Of a stretch of DNA of 64,000 nucleotides, positions 39,743 through 49,034 are shown in pieces. The stretch is from Candidatus Eiseniibacteriota bacterium (GTDB lineage: Bacteria; Eisenbacteria; RBG-16-71-46; CAZAMP01), in NCBI GenBank assembly GCA_965224245.1, contig OZ245046.1:3808001-3872000 (forward strand), written 5' to 3'. Position 1 is the first letter of the stretch. Each line of letters begins with the position of its first letter. Below the pieces are notes generated by a model that had not been told where the DNA came from, ran no database searches, and saw only the letters and a program-made list of their open reading frames with translations. The position numbers and the translations under genes are program-made.

Positions 39743-41593
39743 TCAGGGAGCGATCGTGATCTTCCGGGTCGACTCGTGCCCGGCGGACCACACGCGAACG
39801 AAGTAGACGCCGGCAGCCGCGGCATCGTCGCGCGGTCGCGCGTCCCAGGTCAGCGGACGCCCCGCCGCCGAGTGAAGCTCGGACGACACACGCCGCCCCC
39901 GTGAGTCGAACACGACCGCGGTGACCGCGGCGTCGCCGGGCACCGCGATGGTCACCGCCCGCCCACGCGGCGACGGATTGGGATGAACGCGAAGCGCGAG
40001 CGGCTCTCCCGACGACGACGGCGGCGCGCCCAGGATGCCCTCCGCCTCCACGACGTAGACCGCTCCGGTGTCCGAGCCGGCGGCACCGTCGAACCCCGGT
40101 GCGCCCACGGCGAGATCGGTGGCGCCGACGCGCGAGACGTTCGTCACGAACGCGAGCGCGGTGCCCGCCTCGTCGCCGGCGCGGGTGCCCCGGTACTGTC
40201 GATCGGCCACCGTCCCCACCCCACCGCCGGCCGGGAACGATCCGCCGAAGACCAGGTAGACGACGCCGGCCGCCTCGCGGCCGGCGGGGCTCGCGCCGGG
40301 TGCGCCCAGTGCCAGGTCCTCGAGGCCGTCCGCGTCGAAGTCGCCGCCGGCGGCCACCCCGAAGCCGAGCACGTCGCCGTCGATCGCGCCGGTCAGCCGG
40401 GTCGCGGCGCCGGTGCGTGCGTCGAGCGAGATGGGTGAGCCCAGGGCGCGACCGGCGAACAGGTACACCGCGCCGCGGAACGTTCCCCCGGCGCCCACGA
40501 ACGGGGCGCCGACCGCCAGGTCGGCGGCGCCTCCGCCGTTCAGATCGGACTCCATCGCCAGCGCGTGACCGAACCCGTCGAAGTCGTTCGCGCCGGCGAT
40601 CGTGACGTCGGCGTCCCCCGTCGAGAGGTGAGACGGGAGGCCGGCGCGCCCGCGAAACACGTACGCAGCGCCCGCGCGAAACCGGGAGAGCGGGCTGTCG
40701 CTCGGCGCCCCCACCACGAGATCGTCGGTGCCGTCCCCGTCGAAGTCGCCGGTCGAGACGGCGTGACCGAATCCGCTCTCCGGCTCGGACGAGACGATGT
40801 GCACGTCCGCGTCGGCGGTGGTCAACGACGTGCCGGGGAGGAAGCCGGCATCGCCGAAGAACACGAACACCTCGCCGGTGGAGATGCCGCCGCCCTGGCC
40901 GAGCGGTGCGCCGATCACGAGGTCGTCGAGGCCGTCGTCGTTCAGGTCGGCGGTCAGATCGACCGCGGCGCCCGTGTGATCGACGGACTCCTCGCCGTCG
41001 ATGCGGACGTCCGCCCCGTCGACCGACAGCGAGTCGAGCCCGCCGCGCGCGTCCAGGAACACGAACACCGCGCCGGCATCGAACGCACCCGCCGGATCGG
41101 CGCCCCGTGCCCCGAGGACGAGATCGCGCCGCCCATCCCCGTCCAGGTCGCCGGCGGACACGTCGAACGCCAGGCGATCGCCCGCGGTCGTTCCGACGAA
41201 CGTGCGATTCGCTCCGGCGAGATCGTAGACGCCGGGCGCCACCGGAGGCTCCACGAGAAACGCAGCGCCCGCGGCCGAGAGGCCCTCCGGATCGGCCAGA
41301 TCCGCGCCGATCACGAGCGCGGCGTCGAGCGGGACGTGGAGCTCGCCCAGGTCGGCCACGGCCCGACCCACGGCCTTTTCCGCACCCGGGCCTTCGAACC
41401 GGAACGCGGCGTCGGACAGCTCGTCGGCGACGGCGTGCCGTCCCGACGCGCCGGCGAACGCGAGCGCCACACACAGTGCGACCCCTGCCGTGCGTGTCGG
41501 GGAGCCTTTCGTGCGCGACACGACGATCCCCGGGCGCAGGCGGCCGACCGGGCGCGGATTGGTCGATTCGGGGGACTCTGATACTCTGGTCAT
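39743..41593 (-). CDS. Secreted FG-GAP (integrin-alpha-like) repeat protein with FlgD/T9SS-like C-terminal domain
   Basis: About 7 GDxxGDGxxDLxxGAP-type repeats; HPNP...VFDSRGRRV...GVYFVRV; start approximate. Confidence 0.88.
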   Translation of the reverse strand: MTRVSESPESTNPRPVGRLRPGIVVSRTKGSPTRTAGVALCVALAFAGASGRHAVADELSDAAFRFEGPGAEKAVGRAVADLGELHVPLDAALVIGADLADPEGLSAAGAAFLVEPPVAPGVYDLAGANRTFVGTTAGDRLAFDVSAGDLDGDGRRDLVLGARGADPAGAFDAGAVFVFLDARGGLDSLSVDGADVRIDGEESVDHTGAAVDLTADLNDDGLDDLVIGAPLGQGGGISTGEVFVFFGDAGFLPGTSLTTADADVHIVSSEPESGFGHAVSTGDFDGDGTDDLVVGAPSDSPLSRFRAGAAYVFRGRAGLPSHLSTGDADVTIAGANDFDGFGHALAMESDLNGGGAADLAVGAPFVGAGGTFRGAVYLFAGRALGSPISLDARTGAATRLTGAIDGDVLGFGVAAGGDFDADGLEDLALGAPGASPAGREAAGVVYLVFGGSFPAGGGVGTVADRQYRGTRAGDEAGTALAFVTNVSRVGATDLAVGAPGFDGAAGSDTGAVYVVEAEGILGAPPSSSGEPLALRVHPNPSPRGRAVTIAVPGDAAVTAVVFDSRGRRVSSELHSAAGRPLTWDARPRDDAAAAGVYFVRVWSAGHESTRKITIAP

Positions 41594-41693
41594 CCGCACG
41601 CTCGAGACTCGGTCCGTGACGCGAACGCACCGAGCACCGGCCTCTGCGGTCGCGAATGCCGTCGGTGAGTGCCACACACGCTGGAACATCCGA

Positions 41694-43514
41694 ATGATAC
41701 CCGATTCGCCGACTTCGGCACGACCACGCCGCCCGCCCGCATGCCTGCACGCCGCGGGTCGGCGTGCGGCGCGTGAGCGTGCGGCGCGTTGGCGCGCGGC
41801 GCATGGGCGCGCCGTGCTCGGGCCGCTGGTCGGCGGCCTCCTGAGCACCGGCGTCGCGATCGGCGGCGACGAGATCTCTCCCCTCGGCATCGTCGAGCGT
41901 GACGACGTGGCCGGCGCGCTCTCGGTCCGGGCCGCGTGGATGCGCATGCCGGTGGAGTGGCGTTTCGTCGAGCCCGAGGACGACGTCTTCAACTGGGCGA
42001 GCGGCTTCAACGCCTGGTCGGACGAGGCCATCGAGAACGGCATCCGCCCCACGCCCGTGCTCTCGATCGGACGCATGTGGGCCAGCGGCTTCTCGACGCC
42101 GGCCTCCACGCCGTCTCATCCCCCGACCGATCTGTCCACGACGTTCGACCCCGCGTACGGGTACAGCGAGACGTACTACGACTTCGTGGCCAGCTTCGTC
42201 ACGCACTACCGCGATCGCCTGGACCGGATCACGATCGAGAACGAGGCCAACACGTTCGTGTTCTGGGCGGGCTCCATGGACGACTACTGGCGGGTCGTGG
42301 TCACCGCGGCGAAGGCGGTGGACGACGTCGCCCCGGCGATCCTCGTGTTCGACAGCGGGCTCGGGTCGGGCGCCTGGGGCGCCGCGGTCGCCCAGTGGAT
42401 GCTCGAGTCCGGTGACGTTCCCGATGCCGACGTGCTGCGCTTCGCGAACGACTACTATCAGCACGACGTCTACGCACCGCTGTCCTGGTCGAGCGTGCAC
42501 GATCTCCGCTTCTGGCTCTCGCAGCCGTTCGTCCAGGAGAACAACAAGCGTGTCGACTTCACGCTGGCCACGGTGCCGCCGTTTCTCGACGGCCTCAACT
42601 TCAAGTTCACCCAGAACTCGTGGGTGCTGCCGACGCTGCTCGACTGGATCGATCGCCGCATGGCCCAGCACGGACACGCGCCGCTGACCAAGGTCAACAA
42701 CGAGGCCTCGAACTGGCCGCGCGGCGGACCGGCGAACGAGGCGATGAACCTCTTTCGCATCGTGATCCTCGGGCTCGCCGGTGGCGTCGAGCAGACGCTG
42801 TGGTTTCCGCTCTCGAACGAAGTCACCGACACGCCGCGCCGGGGTCTCTACGACGAGAACGGCGAGTGGACGCTTCAGGCCGATGCGTACGTGACGCTCG
42901 CCACCGAGATCGGTGGCGACTTCCGCTTCGCCGACGCCGACACGCTGGGCGAGAACGTCCAGCGCTTCCGGTTCCAGCGGATCGACGAGAGCGAGCCCCG
43001 GCTCGACGCACTGTGGTGGGATGACGGCGGGCACGGCAACGGCTTCGAGCTCGTCTCGTTTCCGGTGCCGACCGACACCGACTCGCTGGTGATCATCGGC
43101 TTCGACGGGTCGCGCTCCAGCCAGGCCGTCGGCGACACCGCCACGGTCGCGATCTCGGCCGCGCCGCGGCTGCTCGCCTACGTGTCCACGTTGCTGGACG
43201 CCGAGGTCCCGGCGGACCCGACCGGCCGGCCGGCCCTCGCCGCCCGCCCGAATCCCTTCCGCGGCTCGGTCGCGATCTCGGCCACGGTCCCGGTCGGAGC
43301 GGACGGACACCCGTTCGAGGTGGCCGTCTTCGACGCCGCCGGCCGGCACGTTCGCGCCCTCACGTCGTCGTTGCCGGCCGTCACCGAGAGCACGGTCACC
43401 CTCGACTGGGATGGACGTGACGATCGGGGCCGGCGGGTCTCGCCCGGCGCGTACTGGGTCCGACTGGTGGCCGCCGGCGAGACCGTCTCGCGCCGCGTCC
43501 TGGTCGCCCCGTGA
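41694..43514 (+). CDS. Secreted clan GH-A glycoside-hydrolase-like protein with FlgD/T9SS-like C-terminal domain
   Basis: WRFVEPEDDVFNW, IENEAN (acid/base), NNEAS (possible nucleophile); PNPF...WDGRDDRG...GAYWVRL; start approximate. Confidence 0.75.
   Translation: MIPDSPTSARPRRPPACLHAAGRRAARERAARWRAAHGRAVLGPLVGGLLSTGVAIGGDEISPLGIVERDDVAGALSVRAAWMRMPVEWRFVEPEDDVFNWASGFNAWSDEAIENGIRPTPVLSIGRMWASGFSTPASTPSHPPTDLSTTFDPAYGYSETYYDFVASFVTHYRDRLDRITIENEANTFVFWAGSMDDYWRVVVTAAKAVDDVAPAILVFDSGLGSGAWGAAVAQWMLESGDVPDADVLRFANDYYQHDVYAPLSWSSVHDLRFWLSQPFVQENNKRVDFTLATVPPFLDGLNFKFTQNSWVLPTLLDWIDRRMAQHGHAPLTKVNNEASNWPRGGPANEAMNLFRIVILGLAGGVEQTLWFPLSNEVTDTPRRGLYDENGEWTLQADAYVTLATEIGGDFRFADADTLGENVQRFRFQRIDESEPRLDALWWDDGGHGNGFELVSFPVPTDTDSLVIIGFDGSRSSQAVGDTATVAISAAPRLLAYVSTLLDAEVPADPTGRPALAARPNPFRGSVAISATVPVGADGHPFEVAVFDAAGRHVRALTSSLPAVTESTVTLDWDGRDDRGRRVSPGAYWVRLVAAGETVSRRVLVAP
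41754..41813. repeat. Degenerate 15 bp tandem repeat x4
   Basis: gcgggtcggcgtgcg / gcgcgtgagcgtgcg / gcgcgttggcgcgcg / gcgcatgggcgcgcc. Confidence 0.6.
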
Positions 43515-44755
43515 CGCAGGCGGCCGTGCCGCGCACCGCACGCGCACCGCTCTTCACCGGGCCGATGTGGCGACTGTCCATCGCCCACTTCCTGGCCGCG
43601 CTGCCGATCCTGGGACTGAACTTGCTCCCGCTGTTCGTGCGCGAGCTGGGCGGCCGGCCACTCGACATCGGGCTGGTCATGTCGACCGCGTCCATCTCCA
43701 GCATCGTGTCGCGCCCGGGCATCGGACGCCTGATGGATCGGCGCGGGCGGCGGATCGCATTCGTCATCGCGGGTCTCTGCAACGCGGTCCCGCTCGCCGC
43801 CTATCTCCTCGTGAGCGACATCGGACCGCTCTTCTACGCGATCCGATTCGTGCACGGCATCGGCGCCGGCGCGATGTTCGCGACGTTCTTCACGGTGGCG
43901 GCGGACCTCTTGCCCTCGGACCGGCGCGGACAGGGGCTCGCGCTGTTCGGCATCAGCGGCATGGCGGGGGGCGGTATCGGGCCGTTCCTGGGCGAGCGCC
44001 TGCTCGCATCGGGTGGGTTCGACCGGCTCTTCGTCGTGTTCACGCTGATGGCGACGATGAGCCTCGCGATCACGCTGACCCTCCGGGACACGCGGCATCG
44101 AGCGAGGTCGGGAGACCGGCTCACGCGGTTCCGGGACGCCCTCACCGATCCGGGCCTGACGCGCCTTCTTCCCCTGTCGATCGCCTTCGGGTTCGCGGTG
44201 GGCGCGTTCGGGACGTTCCTCGCCGACTACGCGCACGCTCGCGGGATCGGACCGGTCAGCACGTTCTTCCTCACGTACTCCGCCACGTCGATCGCGTTGC
44301 GGCTCGCGTTCGCGGCCCGCGTGGACAGCTTCGGGGCCGAGCGCGTCGTGCGACGGCTGATGGGGTTCACGTCGGCGGCGCTGGTCCTGTGCGTGGCGTT
44401 CCCCTCGTCGTGGGGACTGGTCCTGGCCGGCGTGGCCGGCGGCATCGGGCACGGGTTCGTCTTCCCGAGCCTCGGATCGCTGGCGGCGAGCCGCTGCGCG
44501 CCCGAGCACCGCGGATCCTCGATCAGCCTCTTCACCGCGTCGATCGACGTGGGAATGCTCCTGTGCGGCCCCATCCTCGGAGAGATCGCCGAGCGCGCGG
44601 GCTACGGTCCGGCGTACCTGGTCGCGGCCGTGGTGGCGCTCGCGGGGCTCGCGCACTTCGCATTCGTCGAGCGGCACGGGGCACCGGTGCCGGGCAGGCT
44701 CGTCAGCGCGACGGTCCCCGATACACGCACCGCGCGTCACACGTCTCGTGGATGA
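43511..44755 (+). CDS. MFS transporter
   Basis: About 12 TMs; motif A GRLMDRRGRR; GTGA overlap with the upstream stop. Confidence 0.92.
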   Translation: MTQAAVPRTARAPLFTGPMWRLSIAHFLAALPILGLNLLPLFVRELGGRPLDIGLVMSTASISSIVSRPGIGRLMDRRGRRIAFVIAGLCNAVPLAAYLLVSDIGPLFYAIRFVHGIGAGAMFATFFTVAADLLPSDRRGQGLALFGISGMAGGGIGPFLGERLLASGGFDRLFVVFTLMATMSLAITLTLRDTRHRARSGDRLTRFRDALTDPGLTRLLPLSIAFGFAVGAFGTFLADYAHARGIGPVSTFFLTYSATSIALRLAFAARVDSFGAERVVRRLMGFTSAALVLCVAFPSSWGLVLAGVAGGIGHGFVFPSLGSLAASRCAPEHRGSSISLFTASIDVGMLLCGPILGEIAERAGYGPAYLVAAVVALAGLAHFAFVERHGAPVPGRLVSATVPDTRTARHTSRG

Positions 44756-45074
44756 CGACGGCCGTGAGTCCGGCCACGCTCGGCGCGAGCTGGCGCCACA
44801 GCCATCGCGCGAGCATCTCGGACGTCGGGTTCTCGAGCCCCTCGATCTCGTTCAGATAGTGGTGGTCGAGCCGCGCCCGGACCGGTGCGATCGCGGCGTC
44901 GATCTCCCCGAAGTCGACGACCCAGCCCATCGACTCGTCGATCGGCCCGATGACCGAGACCTCGGCGCGAAACGAGTGCCCGTGCAGGCGCCCGCACGGA
45001 TGTCCGTCGGGAACGTTCGGGAGCCGGTGTGCGGCCTCGAACGTGAACTCTCGAACGATCTCGGCGCGGTCCAT
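44703..45074 (-). CDS. queD: 6-carboxytetrahydropterin synthase
   Basis: FEAAHRL, CGRLHGHSF, LDHHYLN, NPTSE. Confidence 0.95.
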   Translation of the reverse strand: MDRAEIVREFTFEAAHRLPNVPDGHPCGRLHGHSFRAEVSVIGPIDESMGWVVDFGEIDAAIAPVRARLDHHYLNEIEGLENPTSEMLARWLWRQLAPSVAGLTAVVIHETCDARCVYRGPSR

Positions 45075-45087
45075 CGGAACTCCTCCC

Positions 45088-45804
45088 TCAGACGCCGCGC
45101 GTCTCGGCGCCCCAGATGAGCTTGTGCAGCTGGAGCTGGAGCCGCACCTCGAGCGCATCGTCGATGATCCAGGCCGCCAGCGTCTGCGGGTCGAGCTCGC
45201 CGTGTACCGGCGCGAACAGCACCACGTGACGTTCGGCGAGACGCTCGCGCGTGACGACGTCACGCGCCCACTCGTAGTCGGTTCGATCGGCCAGGACGAT
45301 CTTGATCTCGTCCCGCTCCCCGAGATGCGCGAGATTCTCCCAGCGGTTCGCGGCGCACTCGCCGCTGCCCGGCGCCTTCAGGTCCATGATCTTGACCACG
45401 CGCGGATCCAGCACCGACACGTCGCGATGGCCGCCGGTCTCGATCAAGACCTCGTACCCGGCGCTCAGGAGCTTCGCGATCAGATCGTGCACCCGCGTCT
45501 GGAGAAGCGGCTCGCCCCCGGTGATCTCGACGAGCCGACAGCCGAGCCGCGACACCTCGGCGACGACGTCGTCGAGCGTGCGCCACTCGCCTCCGGTGAA
45601 TGCGTACTCGGTGTCACACCAGCGGCACCGGAGGTCGCACGCCGTCAGACGTACAAGCGTGCATCGCCGGCCGGCCCGGCTGCCTTCGCCCTGGAGGCTC
45701 AGGTAGATCTCGTGGATCCTCAGCCGGTCGCGCGGAGCGTCGCGGCCGGCGTCGCTGGAGTCGCGGATGCCGGGGGCGTCGGGTCGGACGTCGGATGGCG
45801 TCAT
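45088..45804 (-). CDS. queE: 7-carboxy-7-deazaguanine synthase (radical SAM)
   Basis: EIYLSLQGEG, CDLRCRWCDT, TGGEPL, QLHKLIW. Confidence 0.93.
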   Translation of the reverse strand: MTPSDVRPDAPGIRDSSDAGRDAPRDRLRIHEIYLSLQGEGSRAGRRCTLVRLTACDLRCRWCDTEYAFTGGEWRTLDDVVAEVSRLGCRLVEITGGEPLLQTRVHDLIAKLLSAGYEVLIETGGHRDVSVLDPRVVKIMDLKAPGSGECAANRWENLAHLGERDEIKIVLADRTDYEWARDVVTRERLAERHVVLFAPVHGELDPQTLAAWIIDDALEVRLQLQLHKLIWGAETRGV

Positions 45805-46136
45805 GGACGTGACGAGCGCTCACTCGGTGGAGGGTGGCGGCGACACGGCGCGTCGCGCCGGCCTGTTCTCGGCCGGCCGAGTATAGCATCCCCGTCCGCC
45901 ACGGGTCGTGGCCGGGCACGATGGATCGAGCGGCGCGCCGACACGATCGGCTCGTGTCGCCGGCAACGCCGTGGACGTGGCCTCGATCTGCGCGCAGACT
46001 CCTCGCCGGTGCACGTCAGGCGGATCTCCGTGGGGGGTCCATGGCCATTCAAAGCAAGCGGGAAGCGCTGCATCGACGCGACGCCCGAGGAGCTGGCCGA
46101 GATCACGATCCTGGGCGCGCCGCGGGAGGTCGATCG

Positions 46137-47291
46137 TTGACACCCGGGAATCACATCGACGCCGGTCGTCTCCGCGCCAGAGTGAGCGAGCGAGCGCTCG
46201 TCGTCGAGCAGCCGCCGGACTGGTCGATTCGCCTGGACGCCGAGGGTCGCTGGTGCTCGTATCGCCGCGGCCCCGTCCTTCATCGCCGGTCGCTCGACGA
46301 CGACGTGGTCGTGCGGAGCGGCTCCGGCGTGCGCTCGGTCGATCGATCGGTCCGCGGACGGATCCTGGAGGAGATCGAATCGCACCTCCGCGACGTGCGC
46401 GCCCGGATCCAGGCCGATCCGGGGATCGTGTCGTTGCACGGCGAGCGCGGCACGGTGCGTGACGTCCTCGACCGCGTGGAGCGAGGCCTGACCTGGCCGG
46501 CCCCCGCGTACGCGGCCGATCGGCGGCTCTTCCACGATGCCTATCCCGAGCCGATCGGTGTGCTCCCCCCCGATCGGTATCGCGACGTGGTGGTCCTGCC
46601 GGCGTTCGGCTGCCCCCACGGTCGCTGTTACTTCTGCACGCTCTTTCCGCGGGGCGGCTTCCGGGTGCTGGAGTCGGCTGCGTTCGAGCGACACCTCGAG
46701 CGTGTCGTCGAGCTGTTCGGAGACTCCCTGGCGACCCGGGACGGCGTGTTCCTGGGGTCGGCCAGCGCCCTCTCGCTCTCCCGGTCGCGACTGATGGCGG
46801 TGCTCGGTCGCGTCCGGGACGTCCTCGGCCGGCGGCGGCGCGGCGTGGCCGCGTTTCACGACCCCGATCACGCGCCGCGTCGCGCGGCCGGAGACTTCGA
46901 GGCGCTCCGGCGAGCCGGGCTCCGTCACGTGACCGTGGGCCTGGAAACGGGACTGCCGCCGCTTCGCGAGGCGTTGGGAAAGAGCGGCGACGTGGAGGGC
47001 GTGATCCGCGCGGTGGTCGCGCAACGCGAGGGCGGGCTGCGTTCGGCGGTGACGCTCCTCGTCGGTGCGGGCGGGGTCGGGGCCCGCGACCTTCATCTCC
47101 GCGAATCGGCCGCCGCGATCGCGGCGATGTCGCTGAACGCCGACGACCGGGTGTTCGTCTCGCCGCTCGAGGGATCGCTCTCGCCGATGCAGATGGGCCG
47201 CGAGATCGATCGCTTTCGAGCACGGCTCGGCGAGGTCACTCCGGCGACGGTCGCTCCGTATCGCCTGGAGCGCTTTCGCTACTACGCGTAG
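46137..47291 (+). CDS. Radical SAM protein with a Cx4Cx2C motif
   Basis: PIGVLPPD, GCPHGRCYFC, VFLGSASAL, VGLETG; TTG start after GGGAGG chosen, ATG 46041 is an alternative. Confidence 0.8.
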   Translation: MTPGNHIDAGRLRARVSERALVVEQPPDWSIRLDAEGRWCSYRRGPVLHRRSLDDDVVVRSGSGVRSVDRSVRGRILEEIESHLRDVRARIQADPGIVSLHGERGTVRDVLDRVERGLTWPAPAYAADRRLFHDAYPEPIGVLPPDRYRDVVVLPAFGCPHGRCYFCTLFPRGGFRVLESAAFERHLERVVELFGDSLATRDGVFLGSASALSLSRSRLMAVLGRVRDVLGRRRRGVAAFHDPDHAPRRAAGDFEALRRAGLRHVTVGLETGLPPLREALGKSGDVEGVIRAVVAQREGGLRSAVTLLVGAGGVGARDLHLRESAAAIAAMSLNADDRVFVSPLEGSLSPMQMGREIDRFRARLGEVTPATVAPYRLERFRYYA

Positions 47292-48891
47292 ACCGGACCC
47301 CCGCGCCGTCCGGGCCGTCCGGGCCCGGCCACTCGCCGTCGGGCAGCTCGTACAGCGCGACCGACCCGATCCGCCGGAGCAGCCGCCAGCCGGCGGGCGG
47401 CCGCGCGAGCCAGGGCGGGATCTCGCCGGGTCCCACCAGACCGATCACGCGCTCCGATCGGAGGCTCATGTCCAGGAGCAGCTCGTCGACGATGAGGAGA
47501 CCGGCCGGCATCGGCTCTCCGGGCTCCAGGGATTGCACGTAGCGGTTGAGCGAGGATCGATCGACCCGATCCAGCCGTACCGCGTGGTACGGATCGTACC
47601 CCGACGGCTCGTATCCGCTCGTGTAGCGGAGGAAGTACCCGACGCGGGTGTTCCAGAGCCAGTGCATGACGTAGATCGGGCGACCCTCGTGCTCCCGGAC
47701 GACGTCGCGGATCTCGCGGATGTCTTCCCGCTGCTCGAGACCCCACTCTCGAACGCTCGCCATGGTGCGAACGGCACCGACCCCCACGGCGGCCAGCACC
47801 GCGATCGTCAGCGCGGCGGCGAGCGTGCCGTTCCGGAGTACGCGTCCCAGCAGCCGATTCAGCTCGGCCAGGCCGACCCCGGCCAGGATGGCTCCCGGCA
47901 CGGCGATCACGGTCACGTAGCGCACCTGCTTGAACAGCGGCCGGTACTCGGTGGCGCTCGACGACCCGAACTCGATCACGAGGTACGTGCAGACGAACCA
48001 CGCGAGCACGAGCAGCGCCCCGCGGTGCCGGCGGAGCAGGGCGGCGAGTCCACCGATGGCGGCGAAGTACAGGAGCCCTCCGTGGCTCGCATCCGGCTTC
48101 GCGAGCAGCCACAGGTAGAACAGCGGCTTGGGCGGAGAGTCCTCTGTCATCAGGACCTTCTGGGCCACGTCGACGTTCGCCATCGGATTGCCGGTGGAGA
48201 CAGCCTGATAGAGCGTGACGAAGGCGACGACGGCCGCCGCGCCGCCCGCGAGCGGCCAGTAGCTCAGGACCGGATGGCGTCGAAACAGGAGTACCGCGAT
48301 CGGAAAGAACACGCCGAACACGAGTCCCAGGTGTCCGGTCCACGGCATCAACGCGAAGGTGGCTCCGGAGGTCGCCATCCAGAGCGTCCGACGCGTCGGG
48401 CTCACCTCCGATCGCACGAACGCGAACGCCGACGTCGCGAGCACGACGTTCATGATGCTGCCGGGCAACACCCGCGTCGATTCGACCACGAGGACCGGCA
48501 GGAGCGCCGCCACGGCGGCCGCCGCGAGCCCCGCCGCCCGCGAGTAGAGCGTCGCCGCGATGCCGTAGACGAGCGCCACCGTGGAGAGCGATGCGATGAG
48601 CGGCCACGCCAGCGCGGTCGCCTCGGACACCCCGAACAGCCGGAACAGCACGGCGATCGGCACGAAGATGACCGGCCGCATGCCATGCCAGTACAGCACC
48701 TGGCTGAGATGGAACCGTCCGTCGGCCACCTCGGCGGCGTGACGCAGGTAGTTGAAGTCGTCGATGACGTAGACGCCGCTCACGTTCGCGAGACGGGCGA
48801 CGAGCGCCATGAGGAGGCACCCGACGAGCAACGCGACCGTCGTCAGCGGGCGTTCGCGAAGGGGCGGTCGCGCCGGGACATCAGTCGGCAT
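47236..48891 (-). CDS. ArnT/PMT-like (GT39/GT83) GT-C membrane glycosyltransferase
   Basis: DD motif after TM1, LFRLFGVSE, many TMs, KQVRY. Confidence 0.8.
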   Translation of the reverse strand: MPTDVPARPPLRERPLTTVALLVGCLLMALVARLANVSGVYVIDDFNYLRHAAEVADGRFHLSQVLYWHGMRPVIFVPIAVLFRLFGVSEATALAWPLIASLSTVALVYGIAATLYSRAAGLAAAAVAALLPVLVVESTRVLPGSIMNVVLATSAFAFVRSEVSPTRRTLWMATSGATFALMPWTGHLGLVFGVFFPIAVLLFRRHPVLSYWPLAGGAAAVVAFVTLYQAVSTGNPMANVDVAQKVLMTEDSPPKPLFYLWLLAKPDASHGGLLYFAAIGGLAALLRRHRGALLVLAWFVCTYLVIEFGSSSATEYRPLFKQVRYVTVIAVPGAILAGVGLAELNRLLGRVLRNGTLAAALTIAVLAAVGVGAVRTMASVREWGLEQREDIREIRDVVREHEGRPIYVMHWLWNTRVGYFLRYTSGYEPSGYDPYHAVRLDRVDRSSLNRYVQSLEPGEPMPAGLLIVDELLLDMSLRSERVIGLVGPGEIPPWLARPPAGWRLLRRIGSVALYELPDGEWPGPDGPDGAGVRSTRSSESAPGDTERPSPE

Positions 48892-49034
48892 GGCAACGGG
48901 CGGCCGGTGAGGATGGCATCACGGCGATCGGGCGCTCCGGGTTGGGGTCGCGGGTATCGTAGTGAGTCGCCTCTTCTTGCGCCACGCCGAATGGTGCGTT
49001 TACCCGTCTCCCCGGGGCGGCTATTCTGGCCTCG

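Noticed and set aside
44703-45804. 7-deazaguanine DNA-modification (dpd) island
   Set aside because: No dpdA/tgt paralogue or other dpd genes nearby; consistent with tRNA queuosine synthesis
45805-46040. preQ1 riboswitch upstream of queE
   Set aside because: No recognisable preQ1 stem or A-rich tail
45990-46140. DUF2000-like gene remnant
   Set aside because: Only a vague resemblance over a few residues; cannot be supported without a search
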